Shown here: positions 10,055 through 20,723 of the stretch, piece by piece
Numbering within the stretch: position 1 is the stretch's first letter
Layout of the letters: every line of letters begins with the position of its first letter
Source of the DNA: Mycobacterium tuberculosis H37Rv
GTDB lineage: Bacteria > Actinomycetota > Actinomycetes > Mycobacteriales > Mycobacteriaceae
DNA: 32,000 nucleotides
Assembly (NCBI RefSeq): GCF_000195955.2
Contig: NC_000962.3
Span: 3,150,001 to 3,182,000, forward strand
Direction: 5' to 3'
Notes under the pieces: model-generated
What the model saw: only the letters and a program-made list of their open reading frames with translations
Told to the model about the DNA's origin: nothing
The model's database searches: none
Made by a program: the position numbers and the translations under genes

Positions 10055-10521
10055 GGCCGCTCCACCTGACCGGAGCCGGGCCGCAACATGGGCACATGCG
10101 GGATGCCGTCGTCCAGGAACTCGTCACCGTCGCGGACGAAGCCGTGCTGGGCATACATGGCCGTCAGGTAGGCCTGTGCATCAATCCGACAGGGGTAGTC
10201 GCCCACCTCGGCCAGTGCCGCGCACAGCAGCCGGTTGGAGTGGCCCTGTCCGCGGGCGTCGCGTTTAGTGCACAGCCGGCCGATCCGGAAGACCTTCTCA
10301 CCCCCGGCGTGCTCTTCCATCAGGCGTAGCGTGCACGTCACCTCTCCGTCGGGCGTTTCCAACCAGAAATGCCTGGTCTCGGCAAGCAGGTCACGCCCGT
10401 CTAGCTCCGGGTATGGGCAGGCCTGTTCGACAACGAACACCTCCACCCTCAACTTGAGCAGCTCGTAAAGGGCCCGGGCGTCAAGGTCTTTGGCCCAGAC
10501 GCGGCGCAGTGCTTCGGTCAT
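10051..10521 (-). CDS. GCN5-related N-acetyltransferase (Rv2851c-like)
   Basis: 156 aa from ATG 10521 (MTEALRRVW), with GNAT motif [15 protein letters not shown]. Its stop overlaps the chelatase GTG start (GTGA at 10051-10054). Confidence 0.85.
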
Positions 10522-10579
10522 AAGCGCCGCTCTCCCCCGCAAGCGGGCGGTACCCCCACTGTATCGTCGCCGGCGCGGG

Positions 10580-12061
10580 TCATGCGGCACCTAACTTCAG
10601 CGCCTTGGTGCTCCATGACCACACCTCGTCGAACAGCGCGGGTTCATTCGACAGCTGCACCCCCAGCGACGGCACCATTTCTTTGAGCGTGGGCAGCCAG
10701 GATTGATAGCGGTTGGCAAAGCATTTCTGCAGCACGTCCAGCATGATCGCCACCGCGGTCGAAGCCCCTGGGGAGCCGCCCAGTAGTCCGGCAATACTAC
10801 CGTCAGCATCGCCGATGACCGTCGTGCCGAACTCGAGCACCCCGCCGTTGCGTTCATCTCGCCGGATCACCTGTACCCGCTGACCGGCTATCGTCAACTC
10901 CCAGTCCGAATCGATTGCGCTAGGGGCGAATTCGCGCAGCGCACTGACCCGCTCGGGTTCAGAGAGACGCAGCTGGCTGATCAAGTAGTTCAGCAGTCTC
11001 CGCTCGGTGAGGCCCACGCCGAGCACGGACAACAGATTGTCCGGCCTGATCGACCGGGGCAGGTCGCTGATCTGCCCGTGTTTCAAGAACTTCGGCGACC
11101 AGCCGGCGTATGGCCCGAACACCAGCCACGACTTGCCGTTGACAAACCGCAGATCCAGATGCAAGGCGCCCAACGGCGGGGCGCCCGGCGCCGGGAAGCC
11201 ATATACCTTTGCCCGATGCGAGGCGGTGAGCGCCGGGTTCCCGGCGCGCAGGAACCGACCGCCAATCGGGAAGCCGGCGAAGCCTTTGACCTCTTTGATC
11301 CCGGATTTCTGCAGCACCGGCAAGGTGTCACCCCCGGCCCCGACAAAGACGAACTTGGTGTTCAACTTGCGCTTTTCGCCGGTCCGGCGGTTGCACATGG
11401 TGACCGTCCAGCTGCCGTCGGATTGCCGCGAGAGGTTGCGAACCTCGTGCCCGAACAACGCGGTAGTGCCATTTTGCACGCAATAGCCGATGAGTTGTTT
11501 GGCGAGGGCACCGAAGTCGACGTCGGTGCCGTCGGCGGCCCAGTTGAGCGCCACCGGCTCGGAGAAGGCCCGTTTAGCGGCCATGAACGGCAGCCGGCGG
11601 GCGAATTCGTCGGGACTCTCGATGAACTCGGTGCCGGCGAACAGCGGGTTGCCGGCCAACGCCTTTTGGCGGCGCCGTAGATACTCGACGCCCCGCGATC
11701 CATGGACGAAACTCACGTGCGGCACAGGGTTGAGGAAGCTGCGCACGTCGGTGAGGATGCCGTTTTCGGCCGCGTATGCCCAGAACTGGCGGGTGACCTG
11801 GAATTGCTCGTTGACACGCACCGCTTTGGTGATGTCGATCGAGCCGTCCGGCATTTCTGGGGTGTAGTTCATCTCGCACAGCGCGGAGTGCCCGGTGCCG
11901 GCGTTGTTCCAGGGACCGCTGCTTTCGGCGGCTACCGCGTCCAGCCGTTCGATCAGGGTGATTGACCAGTTCGGTTCGAGCCGACGCAGCAGCACCCCCA
12001 GCGTGGCGCTCATGATGCCCGCACCGATCAGCACGACGTCGGTTCTGGCTAGGTCTGACAC
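10580..12061 (-). CDS. mqo: Malate:quinone oxidoreductase
   Basis: 493 aa with the N-terminal FAD fold [15 protein letters not shown]. Full-length Mqo-family similarity by recognition. Confidence 0.95.
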   Translation of the reverse strand: MSDLARTDVVLIGAGIMSATLGVLLRRLEPNWSITLIERLDAVAAESSGPWNNAGTGHSALCEMNYTPEMPDGSIDITKAVRVNEQFQVTRQFWAYAAENGILTDVRSFLNPVPHVSFVHGSRGVEYLRRRQKALAGNPLFAGTEFIESPDEFARRLPFMAAKRAFSEPVALNWAADGTDVDFGALAKQLIGYCVQNGTTALFGHEVRNLSRQSDGSWTVTMCNRRTGEKRKLNTKFVFVGAGGDTLPVLQKSGIKEVKGFAGFPIGGRFLRAGNPALTASHRAKVYGFPAPGAPPLGALHLDLRFVNGKSWLVFGPYAGWSPKFLKHGQISDLPRSIRPDNLLSVLGVGLTERRLLNYLISQLRLSEPERVSALREFAPSAIDSDWELTIAGQRVQVIRRDERNGGVLEFGTTVIGDADGSIAGLLGGSPGASTAVAIMLDVLQKCFANRYQSWLPTLKEMVPSLGVQLSNEPALFDEVWSWSTKALKLGAA

Positions 12062-12267
12062 CGGACGGTTGGTTCCTTCCTTGGCTGCGCCGCTCCCAGG
12101 TTATCCCGACGGGTGTTAACACGATGACGTCCGCCTCCTGGGCCAGTAACCCTGTGCAGCGCGGGGCAGCCAACCCAAGACAATTACCCCGAAGCCCACA
12201 ATGTGCGTCCCTGGCCGCCATAGAATCCGCACTATCCGCCCAGTCCGGTTCTTCTTGGGAGGTAACG

Positions 12268-14115
12268 ATGTTGTATGTAGTTGCGTCACCCGACTTGATG
12301 ACCGCGGCGGCTACCAATCTGGCGGAGATTGGTTCGGCGATCAGCACGGCAAATGGTGCGGCGGCACTCCCGACTGTTGAGGTGGTGGCCGCGGCCGCCG
12401 ACGAGGTGTCCACGCAGATCGCGGCTCTATTCGGAGCGCATGCCAGGAGCTACCAAACCCTCAGCACCCAGGCAGCGGCGTTTCATAGTCGGTTTGTGCA
12501 GGCGTTGACCACGGCCGCGGCTTCCTACGCCAGCGTAGAGGCCGCCAACGCGTCGCCACTTCAGGTTGCGCTAGACGTGATTAATGCGCCCGCCCAGACA
12601 CTGCTCGGACGTCCGCTAATTGGTAACGGCGCCGACGGATCGACACCGGGGCAGGCCGGCGGGCCCGGCGGGTTGCTGTACGGCAACGGCGGTAATGGCG
12701 CCGCCGGTGGGCCCAACCAGGCCGGCGGCGCCGGCGGCAACGCCGGCTTGATCGGCAACGGCGGGGCGGGCGGCGCCGGGGGTGTTGGCGCGGTCGGCGG
12801 TAAACGCGGCACGGGCGGCCTGCTATTCGGCAACGGCGGGGCCGGCGGGCAAGGCGGGCTCGGCCTCGCAGGTATCAACGGCGGCAGCGGCGGGCAGGGA
12901 GGCCACGGTGGCAACGCCATCCTGTTCGGCCAGGGCGGTGCCGGCGGGCCAGGTGGCACCGGCGCCATGGGCGTCGCCGGCACCAATCCCACCCCCATCG
13001 GCACCGCAGCGCCTGGCAGCGACGGCGTAAATCAGATTGGGAACGGTGGTAACACGGACCTCACCGGCGGCGCCGGTGGCGACGGCAATGCCGGCAGCAC
13101 CACCGTGAACGGCGGCAACGGCGGTACCGGCGGCGCAGCTAGGAACTCATCTGGTGGTACCGGTAACTCCTTTGGTGGTGCCGGCGGCGCCGGAGGCGAC
13201 GGCGCCAACGGCGGCGACGGTGGCGCTGGCGGGGAAGCCCTCACCGAAGGCGGTGCCACCGCCGTTAGTGGTGCTGGTGGTAAGGGAGGTAACGCCGAGG
13301 CTTCCGGCGGCGCCGGCGGCAACGGCGGCAAAGGTGGCTTTGCTCAGGCCACCACCAGCGTGACCGGGGGTAACGGCGGTAACGGTGGCAATGGCCACGA
13401 CAGTAACGCGCCGGGCGGCGCTGGCGGCAGCGGTGGCGTCGGCGGTGACGGCGGCCGTGGCGGCCTGCTGGCCGGCAACGGCGGCACCGGCGGTGCCGGT
13501 GGCAACGGCGGTACCGGTGGCGCCGGTGCCCCCGGCGGTGCCGGCGGCGCCGGCGGCAAAGCCGACATCGCCAACAGCCTCGGCGACAATGCCACCGTAA
13601 CCGGGGGCAATGGCGGGACAGGCGGAGACGGCGGCAGCGCGCTGGGCACCGGGGGGGCTGGGGGTGCCGGAGGTCTAGGTGGTCACGGGGGTGCAGGCGG
13701 GCTGCTGATTGGCAACGGCGGCGCCGGTGGCGCTGGCGGCCTCGGCGGTGCGGGCGGCGCCGGCGGTGCGGGCGGTGAGGGCGGTGCCGGCGGCGCCGGA
13801 GGCGAAGCTATTCCCGGCGGGGCGTCCACCAACTCCGCCGGCGGTGACGGAGGGGCGGGCGGTACTGGCGGCAATGGCGGTGACGGCGGTGCCGGCGGAG
13901 CCCCCGGCCTCGGTGGCGCGGGCGGGGCCGGCGGATGGTTGATCGGCCAGTCGGGCAGCACCGGCGGCGGTGGCGCCGGCGGTGCCGGTGGTGCCGGAGG
14001 TGCCGGTGGCGCGGGCGGCAGCGGCGGTGCGGGTGGCCATGGCGACACTACCTCCGGCAAGAACGGTTCGTCTGGCACCGCGGGCTTCGACGGCAACCCC
14101 GGGCAGCCCGGCTGA
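12268..14115 (+). CDS. PE_PGRS48: PE_PGRS family protein (PE domain plus Gly-Ala-rich PGRS repeats)
   Basis: Starts at ATG 12268, preceded by gggagg. The PE domain begins [25 protein letters not shown], followed by the [11 protein letters not shown] linker and about 500 aa of GGAGG/GGNGG repeats. The upstream part of the ORF (from 12124) has no PE homology. Confidence 0.93.
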   Translation: MLYVVASPDLMTAAATNLAEIGSAISTANGAAALPTVEVVAAAADEVSTQIAALFGAHARSYQTLSTQAAAFHSRFVQALTTAAASYASVEAANASPLQVALDVINAPAQTLLGRPLIGNGADGSTPGQAGGPGGLLYGNGGNGAAGGPNQAGGAGGNAGLIGNGGAGGAGGVGAVGGKRGTGGLLFGNGGAGGQGGLGLAGINGGSGGQGGHGGNAILFGQGGAGGPGGTGAMGVAGTNPTPIGTAAPGSDGVNQIGNGGNTDLTGGAGGDGNAGSTTVNGGNGGTGGAARNSSGGTGNSFGGAGGAGGDGANGGDGGAGGEALTEGGATAVSGAGGKGGNAEASGGAGGNGGKGGFAQATTSVTGGNGGNGGNGHDSNAPGGAGGSGGVGGDGGRGGLLAGNGGTGGAGGNGGTGGAGAPGGAGGAGGKADIANSLGDNATVTGGNGGTGGDGGSALGTGGAGGAGGLGGHGGAGGLLIGNGGAGGAGGLGGAGGAGGAGGEGGAGGAGGEAIPGGASTNSAGGDGGAGGTGGNGGDGGAGGAPGLGGAGGAGGWLIGQSGSTGGGGAGGAGGAGGAGGAGGSGGAGGHGDTTSGKNGSSGTAGFDGNPGQPG

Positions 14116-14151
14116 GCGGCACAAGATCTGAACGCGCTCTAAGCTGACCCC

Positions 14152-15192
14152 GTGACTGGCTGGGTGCCCGATGTGCTGCCCGGCTATTGGCAGTGCACAA
14201 TTCCGCTCGGGCCGGATCCCGACGACGAGGGCGACATTGTCGCAACCCTGGTCGGCCGCGGTCCGCAAACAGGGAAAGCCCGCGGAGACACCACTGGGGC
14301 ACACCACACGGTCCTGGCGGTGCACGGCTACACCGACTACTTCTTCCATACCGAGCTGGCCGATCACTTCGCCAACCGTGGCTTCGCGTTCTATGCACTT
14401 GACCTGCGCAAATGCGGCCGATCGCGAGCGCCCGGCCAGACGCCGCACTTCATCACCGACCTGGCCCGCTATGACACCGAACTCGAGCACTCCCTGTCCA
14501 TCATCAACGAGCAGAACCGCTCGGCGAAGGTCCTGGTATACGGCCACTCCGCCGGCGGGCTCATCGTGTCGCTGTGGCTGGACCGGTTGCGCCAGCGCGG
14601 CGAGATCACCCGCGCGGGGGTCACCGGCCTGGTGCTCAATAGCCCGTTCCTGGATCTGCAAGGCCCGGCAATCCTGCGCCTGCCGCTGACCTCGGCGTTC
14701 TTCGCCGCGATGGCGCGAATGCGCCCCAAGTGGGTAGCCCGGCCACCAAAAGAAGGCGGTTACGGTTGCACGCTGCACCGGGACTATGACGGAGAGTTCG
14801 ACTACAACCTGCAATGGAAACCGGTGGGCGGTTTCCCGGTCACCTTCGGCTGGATTCATGCCAGCCGTCGTGGCCACGCACGGTTACATCGCGGGATCGA
14901 CGTCGGTGTGCCCAACCTGATCCTGTGTTCGGATCACACGGTACGGGAAAAGGCCGACCCGGCGACCCTGCACCGCGGCGATGCGGTTCTCGACGTCACC
15001 CATATCACCCGCTGGGCCGGCTGCATCGGCAACCGCAGCACCGTCATCGCGGTGGCGGACGCCAAACACGATGTGTTCTTGTCGCTGCCGCAACCGCGCC
15101 AGATGGCTTATCGCCGACTGGATCTCTGGTTGGACGACTACCTCGGCACACACAACGACACCGACGCTTCGGCATCGTCGGGGAAAGGGTGA
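14152..15192 (+). CDS. Alpha/beta hydrolase (lysophospholipase/monoacylglycerol-lipase-like; Rv2854-like)
   Basis: 346 aa from GTG 14152, with the HG oxyanion motif (AVHGYTDY) and the nucleophile elbow GHSAGG. Confidence 0.85.
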   Translation: MTGWVPDVLPGYWQCTIPLGPDPDDEGDIVATLVGRGPQTGKARGDTTGAHHTVLAVHGYTDYFFHTELADHFANRGFAFYALDLRKCGRSRAPGQTPHFITDLARYDTELEHSLSIINEQNRSAKVLVYGHSAGGLIVSLWLDRLRQRGEITRAGVTGLVLNSPFLDLQGPAILRLPLTSAFFAAMARMRPKWVARPPKEGGYGCTLHRDYDGEFDYNLQWKPVGGFPVTFGWIHASRRGHARLHRGIDVGVPNLILCSDHTVREKADPATLHRGDAVLDVTHITRWAGCIGNRSTVIAVADAKHDVFLSLPQPRQMAYRRLDLWLDDYLGTHNDTDASASSGKG

Positions 15193-15204
15193 TGGCCCCT
15201 ACAA

Positions 15205-16584
15205 ATGGAAACGTACGACATCGCGATCATCGGAACCGGTTCGGGCAACAGCATTCTCGACGAACGCTATGCCAGCAAGCGGGCGGCGATCTGCGAGCAG
15301 GGCACCTTCGGCGGCACCTGCCTCAATGTCGGGTGCATCCCCACAAAAATGTTCGTCTACGCCGCCGAGGTGGCCAAGACCATCCGAGGCGCGTCGCGTT
15401 ACGGTATCGACGCGCACATCGACCGGGTGCGATGGGACGACGTCGTCTCGCGCGTCTTCGGGCGCATCGATCCGATCGCGCTGAGCGGCGAGGACTATCG
15501 AAGGTGTGCGCCCAACATCGACGTGTACCGCACACACACCCGTTTCGGGCCGGTTCAGGCCGATGGCCGCTACCTGTTGCGCACTGACGCGGGTGAAGAG
15601 TTCACCGCCGAGCAGGTGGTGATAGCCGCCGGATCGCGGCCGGTGATTCCGCCGGCCATCCTCGCGTCCGGCGTCGACTATCACACCAGCGATACCGTCA
15701 TGCGGATCGCCGAGTTGCCGGAGCACATCGTGATCGTCGGAAGCGGCTTCATTGCAGCGGAATTCGCACATGTGTTTTCCGCTCTGGGCGTACGGGTCAC
15801 CCTGGTGATCCGGGGCAGCTGCTTACTACGGCATTGTGACGACACCATCTGCGAACGGTTCACCCGCATCGCATCGACCAAATGGGAGCTGCGCACCCAT
15901 CGCAACGTTGTGGACGGCCAGCAGCGCGGCTCGGGCGTCGCGCTGCGGCTAGACGATGGTTGCACCATCAACGCCGACCTACTGTTGGTAGCGACAGGCC
16001 GGGTGTCCAACGCCGACCTGCTGGATGCCGAGCAGGCCGGTGTCGATGTCGAGGACGGCCGGGTGATAGTCGACGAGTACCAACGGACTTCGGCGCGTGG
16101 GGTTTTTGCGCTGGGCGATGTCTCGTCGCCGTACTTGCTCAAGCATGTCGCCAACCACGAGGCCCGCGTCGTGCAGCACAATCTGCTCTGCGACTGGGAG
16201 GACACCCAGTCGATGATCGTCACCGACCACCGATACGTACCGGCTGCGGTATTCACCGATCCTCAGATCGCTGCCGTCGGACTCACTGAAAACCAAGCTG
16301 TGGCAAAGGGACTCGATATTTCGGTCAAGATACAGGACTATGGTGACGTCGCGTACGGCTGGGCGATGGAGGACACCAGTGGAATCGTCAAGCTCATCAC
16401 CGAGCGCGGCTCTGGGCGCTTACTGGGCGCACACATCATGGGTTACCAGGCATCCTCGCTCATCCAACCGTTGATCCAGGCGATGAGCTTTGGGCTGACC
16501 GCCGCCGAAATGGCCCGCGGCCAGTACTGGATTCATCCGGCGCTGCCGGAGGTGGTGGAAAACGCGCTGCTTGGCCTGCGTTGA
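15205..16584 (+). CDS. mtr: Mycothione (mycothiol disulfide) reductase, FAD/NAD(P) pyridine nucleotide-disulfide oxidoreductase
   Basis: 459 aa with the FAD fold IIGTGSGNS, the redox-active disulfide [13 protein letters not shown] and a C-terminal dimerisation domain containing HP.LPE. Confidence 0.93.
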   Translation: METYDIAIIGTGSGNSILDERYASKRAAICEQGTFGGTCLNVGCIPTKMFVYAAEVAKTIRGASRYGIDAHIDRVRWDDVVSRVFGRIDPIALSGEDYRRCAPNIDVYRTHTRFGPVQADGRYLLRTDAGEEFTAEQVVIAAGSRPVIPPAILASGVDYHTSDTVMRIAELPEHIVIVGSGFIAAEFAHVFSALGVRVTLVIRGSCLLRHCDDTICERFTRIASTKWELRTHRNVVDGQQRGSGVALRLDDGCTINADLLLVATGRVSNADLLDAEQAGVDVEDGRVIVDEYQRTSARGVFALGDVSSPYLLKHVANHEARVVQHNLLCDWEDTQSMIVTDHRYVPAAVFTDPQIAAVGLTENQAVAKGLDISVKIQDYGDVAYGWAMEDTSGIVKLITERGSGRLLGAHIMGYQASSLIQPLIQAMSFGLTAAEMARGQYWIHPALPEVVENALLGLR

Positions 16585-16683
16585 CCGCAACGGCGAGCCG
16601 TCGTCCGGCAAGCGATTTGCATCCCGTCAGCGCCTTACCTACAGTCGGGACATCGCGTTCTGCCCCGTGCTGGAAGGACCGAC

Positions 16684-17802
16684 ATGGCCAGCAGCCAGCT
16701 CGACAGGCAGAGGTCGCGGTCGGCCAAAATGAACCGCGCTCTGACAGCAGCAGAATGGTGGCGTCTGGGCCTGATGTTCGCGGTGATCGTCGCCTTGCAT
16801 CTGGTTGGCTGGCTCACCGTGACGCTCTTGGTGGAGCCCGCGCGGCTCAGCTTGGGCGGCAAGGCATTCGGCATCGGCGTCGGGCTGACGGCGTACACGC
16901 TGGGCTTACGGCACGCGTTCGACGCCGACCACATCGCCGCCATCGACAACACCACCCGCAAGCTGATGAGCGACGGACACCGACCCCTTGCCGTCGGGTT
17001 CTTCTTTTCACTGGGCCACTCCACGGTGGTCTTCGGGCTGGCGGTAATGCTGGTGACCGGACTCAAGGCTATCGTCGGACCGGTCGAGAACGACTCCTCG
17101 ACGCTGCATCACTACACAGGCTTGATCGGTACCAGCATTTCCGGCGCGTTCCTGTATTTGATCGGCATCCTCAACGTCATCGTCCTGGTCGGCATCGTGC
17201 GTGTCTTCGCCCACCTGCGCCGCGGCGACTACGACGAAGCCGAACTCGAACAGCAGTTGGACAACCGCGGACTGCTCATCCGGTTCCTCGGCCGCTTCAC
17301 CAAGTCACTCACCAAGTCCTGGCATATGTACCCGGTCGGATTTTTGTTCGGTCTCGGGTTCGACACCGCCACCGAGATCGCGCTGTTGGTGCTGGCGGGA
17401 ACCAGTGCCGCGGCCGGCCTGCCCTGGTATGCCATCCTGTGCCTGCCCGTCTTGTTCGCCGCCGGCATGTGTCTGCTGGACACCATCGACGGTTCGTTCA
17501 TGAATTTCGCGTACGGCTGGGCCTTCTCCAGCCCCGTGCGCAAGATCTACTACAACATCACCGTCACCGGACTGTCGGTGGCAGTCGCACTGTTGATTGG
17601 CAGCGTTGAGCTGCTGGGCCTGATCGCCAACCAGTTGGGTTGGCAGGGCCCGTTCTGGGACTGGCTTGGCGGCCTCGACCTCAACACCGTCGGCTTCGTC
17701 GTCGTCGCGATGTTCGCGCTCACCTGGGCCATTGCCCTGCTGGTCTGGCACTACGGCCGCGTTGAAGAGCGGTGGACCCCGGCGCCCGACCGCACAACTT
17801 GA
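16684..17802 (+). CDS. nicT: NiCoT-family nickel/cobalt transporter
   Basis: 372 aa, polytopic, with the NiCoT signature RHAFDADHIAAIDN and the motif LGFDTATEI. SD-like ggaagga lies upstream. Confidence 0.92.
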   Translation: MASSQLDRQRSRSAKMNRALTAAEWWRLGLMFAVIVALHLVGWLTVTLLVEPARLSLGGKAFGIGVGLTAYTLGLRHAFDADHIAAIDNTTRKLMSDGHRPLAVGFFFSLGHSTVVFGLAVMLVTGLKAIVGPVENDSSTLHHYTGLIGTSISGAFLYLIGILNVIVLVGIVRVFAHLRRGDYDEAELEQQLDNRGLLIRFLGRFTKSLTKSWHMYPVGFLFGLGFDTATEIALLVLAGTSAAAGLPWYAILCLPVLFAAGMCLLDTIDGSFMNFAYGWAFSSPVRKIYYNITVTGLSVAVALLIGSVELLGLIANQLGWQGPFWDWLGGLDLNTVGFVVVAMFALTWAIALLVWHYGRVEERWTPAPDRTT

Positions 17803-17822
17803 CCTCGGGCGATCAACCCTAG

Positions 17823-18427
17823 GGCGGTGCCGCCGGAATCGAGACGGTAGCCAAGCGAGCGGTCGACGTGTTGGAAAAGATCTTCGCCGAGAACGATGTC
17901 CGCGCGAACGTCAACCGGGCGGCGTTTGAGAACAACGGGATCCGCGCGCTGGACCTGATGAGCTCACCGGGGTCGGGGAAGACGACCGTGCTGGGCGCCG
18001 CGCTCGACGAGCACGCCGACCAATTCGCAATCGGCGTTATCGAAGGCGACATCACCACCGACCTGGACGCGGCCAATGGCCGCGGCACCCAGGTGTCGCT
18101 GCTGAACAACCAGCATGGCTTTTGCGCCGAATGCCACCTCGACGCACCTATGGTCAACCGCGCCCTAGCTGGTGCGCCCGACGGAGTTCGACGTCGGTAA
18201 GCGCCAAGGCGATGGTCTCCTCGGTCACCGAGGGCAAGGACAAGCCGCTGATGTACCCGGCGACGTTCCGCTCGAGGGATGTAGTGCTGCTCGACAAGAT
18301 CGACTTGGTGCCCTTTCTGGACGCCGACGTGGACGCGTATATCGCGCATGTCCGCGAGGTCAACGCAGCCGCGACGATCCTGCCGACCAGCACGCGCACC
18401 GGAGCCGGCATGGGGTCCTGGTCATGA
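17823..18427 (+). pseudogene. hypB: hypB (Ni-metallochaperone GTPase) remnant: 5'-truncated, internally deleted and twice frameshifted
   Basis: HypB homology is split over three frames. Frame of 17868: IETVAKRAVDVLEK...SSPGSGKTT...VIEGD...CHLDAPM. Frame of 18172: LVRPTEFDVGKR. Frame of 18122: KAMVSSVTEGKDKPLMYP...LLDKIDLVPF. The ILFIENVGN segment between CHLDA and LVCP is missing, and there is no N-terminal metal-binding region or start codon. Confidence 0.75.
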
Positions 18428-18582
18428 GCCGCCGGAAACGGCTCGTCTCATCGGCTTTCACGGTGAGGCCACCGCAGCCGAAATGGACAACGTTGATCGT
18501 CTTCCGGGCCTGACAGCAATCCGACTGTGAAATGCACTACGCGACACGCTAACCCGTTGCGCAGTTCACACTCGGGGCGCGA

Positions 18583-19359
18583 TCACAGCGGAGTGACATA
18601 GGCCGAGCTGATCCCACCGTCGACCAGGAACGTCGAAGCGGTGATGAATGATGCGTCGTCGCTGGCTAAAAACGCTACCGCAGCAGCAATTTCGTCGGGC
18701 TCGGCGAACCGGCCCAGCGGCACATGCACCATGCGGCGAGCGGCCCGTTCCGGGTTCTTGGCGAAAAGCTCTTGCAGCAGTGGGGTGTTCACCGGCCCCG
18801 GGCACAACGCGTTGACCCGGATGCCCTGCCGAGCGAATTGCACGCCCAGTTCCCGTGACATAGCCAGCACTCCACCCTTGGAGGCGGTGTAGGAGATCTG
18901 CGACGTTGCCGAACCCATCACCGCAACGAAGGACGCCGTGTTGACGATGGAGCCTTTCCCAGCAAGCACCATGTGGCGCAGGGCCGCCCGGCAGCACAAG
19001 TACACCGACTTCAGGTTGACGTCTTGTACCCGTTGCCACGCCGCGAGCTCGGTGTTTTCGATCAGATTGTCCTCGGGTGGTGAGATGCCGGCGTTGTTGA
19101 ACGCAATATCTATGCGGCCGTAGGTTTCGGCTGCTCCGTCGAACAGCCCGTTGACGGCGTCCTCATCGCAAACGTCGGTTGGCACAAACAAGCCTGATAG
19201 TTCGTCAGCGGCCGCACCACCGGCCTCGACGTCGACGTCGCCGACCACGATCGTGGCGCCTTCCGCCCGCATCCGACGGCCGGCAGCCAGGCCAATACCG
19301 CTGCCACCGCCTGTGATCACCGCCACCCGGCCGGCCAGCCGTTGGCTGAGGTCCATCAC
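18583..19359 (-). CDS. Short-chain dehydrogenase/reductase (Rv2857c-like)
   Basis: 258 aa with the cofactor motif TGGGSGIG, NNAG and the catalytic YTASK. The GTG start overlaps the aldC stop (GTGA at 19356-19359). Confidence 0.9.
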   Translation of the reverse strand: MMDLSQRLAGRVAVITGGGSGIGLAAGRRMRAEGATIVVGDVDVEAGGAAADELSGLFVPTDVCDEDAVNGLFDGAAETYGRIDIAFNNAGISPPEDNLIENTELAAWQRVQDVNLKSVYLCCRAALRHMVLAGKGSIVNTASFVAVMGSATSQISYTASKGGVLAMSRELGVQFARQGIRVNALCPGPVNTPLLQELFAKNPERAARRMVHVPLGRFAEPDEIAAAVAFLASDDASFITASTFLVDGGISSAYVTPL

Positions 19360-20723
19360 ATCTCCTCCCCGACGGCGATGAACACATTTTTGGTTTCGGT
19401 GAACTGCAGCGGAGCGTCCGGCCCTAGCTCGCGGCCCACACCGGACTGCTTGAAACCGCCAAACGGGGTGTTGAAGCGCACCGACGAGTGCGAGTTTACC
19501 GACAGGTTGCCGGATTCGACCGCCCGCGCCACCCGCAGCGCGCGGGACAGGTCATCGGTCCAGATCGATCCGGACAGCCCGTACGCGGTGTCGTTGGCCA
19601 GGCTGATAGCGTCGGCCTCGTCGTCGAACGTCAGCACTACAACCACCGGCCCGAAGATTTCGTCGGTGACGGTGCGGTCGCCGCGTTTGGGTGTGAGAAC
19701 GGTTGGTGGAAACCAAAATCCGCGCCCAGCCGGAGCCGTACCCCGAAACGCCACCGGAGCGTCGTCGGGCACATAACCGGCGACCTTGTCACGGTGTGCG
19801 CGCGATACCAGCGGACCCATCTCGGTGGCGCGTGATCCGGGGTCCCCGACGACAATGCTGTGTACCGCCGGCTCGAGCAGCTCCATAAACCGGTCGTAAA
19901 CGCTGCGCTGCACCAGGATTCGACTTCGGGCACAGCAATCCTGCCCAGCGTTGTCGAAGACCCCGGCCGGCGCGGTCGTCGCGGCGCGCTCCAGGTCGCA
20001 GTCGTGGAAGACGATGTTGGCGCTCTTGCCACCCAGTTCCAACGTCACTCGTTTGACTTGAGCCGCGGCACCGGCCATGACCCGCTTGCCGACTTCGGTG
20101 GACCCGGTGAACACGATCTTGCGAATGTCGGGGTGGGTGACGAACCGCTCCCCGACCACCGTGCCCTTTCCCGGCAACACCTGCAGCAGGTCTTCGTCCA
20201 GACCCGCCTCGACGGCCAGCTCACCGAGCCGCATCGTGGTCAGCGGCGTCAGTTCGGCGGGTTTGACCAGCACCGCGTTGCCGGCGGCCAGCGCCGGCGC
20301 GATGGCCCAGGACGCGATCACCATCGGGAAATTCCATGGCGTGATCACACCGACCACGCCCATCGGTTCGTTGAAAGTGACGTCCACCCCGCCGGCAACG
20401 GGAATCTGCCTGCCGGACAACCGTTCCGGGCTGGCGGCATAGAACGCCAACACGTCACGCACGTGGCCGGCTTCCCACTCGGCCGACACGATCGGATGTC
20501 CGGAATTGGCTACCTCGAGCGCGGCCAGTTCGTCGAGGTGGGCTTGCACGGCTGCCGCGAATGCGCGCAGGCCGGCCGCCCGCTGCGCCGGTGCCAACCG
20601 TGCCCAGCGCCGCTGCGCTGCTCGCGCGCGTTGCACGGCGTCGTCCACCGCGTTGGCGTCGGTGTGGTCAACTGAGGCCAGCACTTCCTCGGTGGCGGGA
20701 TTGATCAGTTGCGTGGTACTCAT
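19356..20723 (-). CDS. aldC: NAD-dependent aldehyde dehydrogenase
   Basis: 455 aa with ELGGKSA and the catalytic-Cys motif FDNAGQDCCA. The ATG overlaps the upstream stop (ATGA at 20720-20723). Confidence 0.92.
   Translation of the reverse strand: MSTTQLINPATEEVLASVDHTDANAVDDAVQRARAAQRRWARLAPAQRAAGLRAFAAAVQAHLDELAALEVANSGHPIVSAEWEAGHVRDVLAFYAASPERLSGRQIPVAGGVDVTFNEPMGVVGVITPWNFPMVIASWAIAPALAAGNAVLVKPAELTPLTTMRLGELAVEAGLDEDLLQVLPGKGTVVGERFVTHPDIRKIVFTGSTEVGKRVMAGAAAQVKRVTLELGGKSANIVFHDCDLERAATTAPAGVFDNAGQDCCARSRILVQRSVYDRFMELLEPAVHSIVVGDPGSRATEMGPLVSRAHRDKVAGYVPDDAPVAFRGTAPAGRGFWFPPTVLTPKRGDRTVTDEIFGPVVVVLTFDDEADAISLANDTAYGLSGSIWTDDLSRALRVARAVESGNLSVNSHSSVRFNTPFGGFKQSGVGRELGPDAPLQFTETKNVFIAVGEEM

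Noticed and set aside
12221-12226. tagaat -10-like hexamer 42 nt upstream of the PE_PGRS48 start
   Set aside because: A single TANNNT match without TSS data is too weak to annotate as a promoter.
12561-14096. Several Pro-rich minus-strand ORFs (for example 12561-13004, 13032-13331, 13344-13649, 13683-14096) and Ala-rich plus-strand ORFs inside PE_PGRS48
   Set aside because: GGC/GGN repeats read as CCN (Pro) on the opposite strand and as Ala/Arg in the other frames. These are frame shadows of the PGRS repeat, not genes.
13675-14877. 400-aa minus-strand ORF spanning the end of PE_PGRS48 and the start of the hydrolase gene
   Set aside because: It is antisense to two genes with clear family signatures. 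Its composition is dominated by A/G/R/T runs that mirror the PGRS repeats, it has no recognisable motif, and long stop-free antisense frames are expected at this GC content.
16585-16683. Searched for a cobalamin riboswitch or a metal-regulator operator upstream of nicT, and upstream of the cob genes
   Set aside because: I could not recognise a B12-box or a convincing 12-2-12 type inverted repeat by eye. A covariance-model scan (Rfam cobalamin) would be needed, so I make no call.
18426-18444. Hairpin gagccg-ccggaaa-cggctc at the end of the hypB remnant
   Set aside because: It has a 6-bp stem and no U-tract, and it lies downstream of a pseudogene. That is insufficient to call a terminator.
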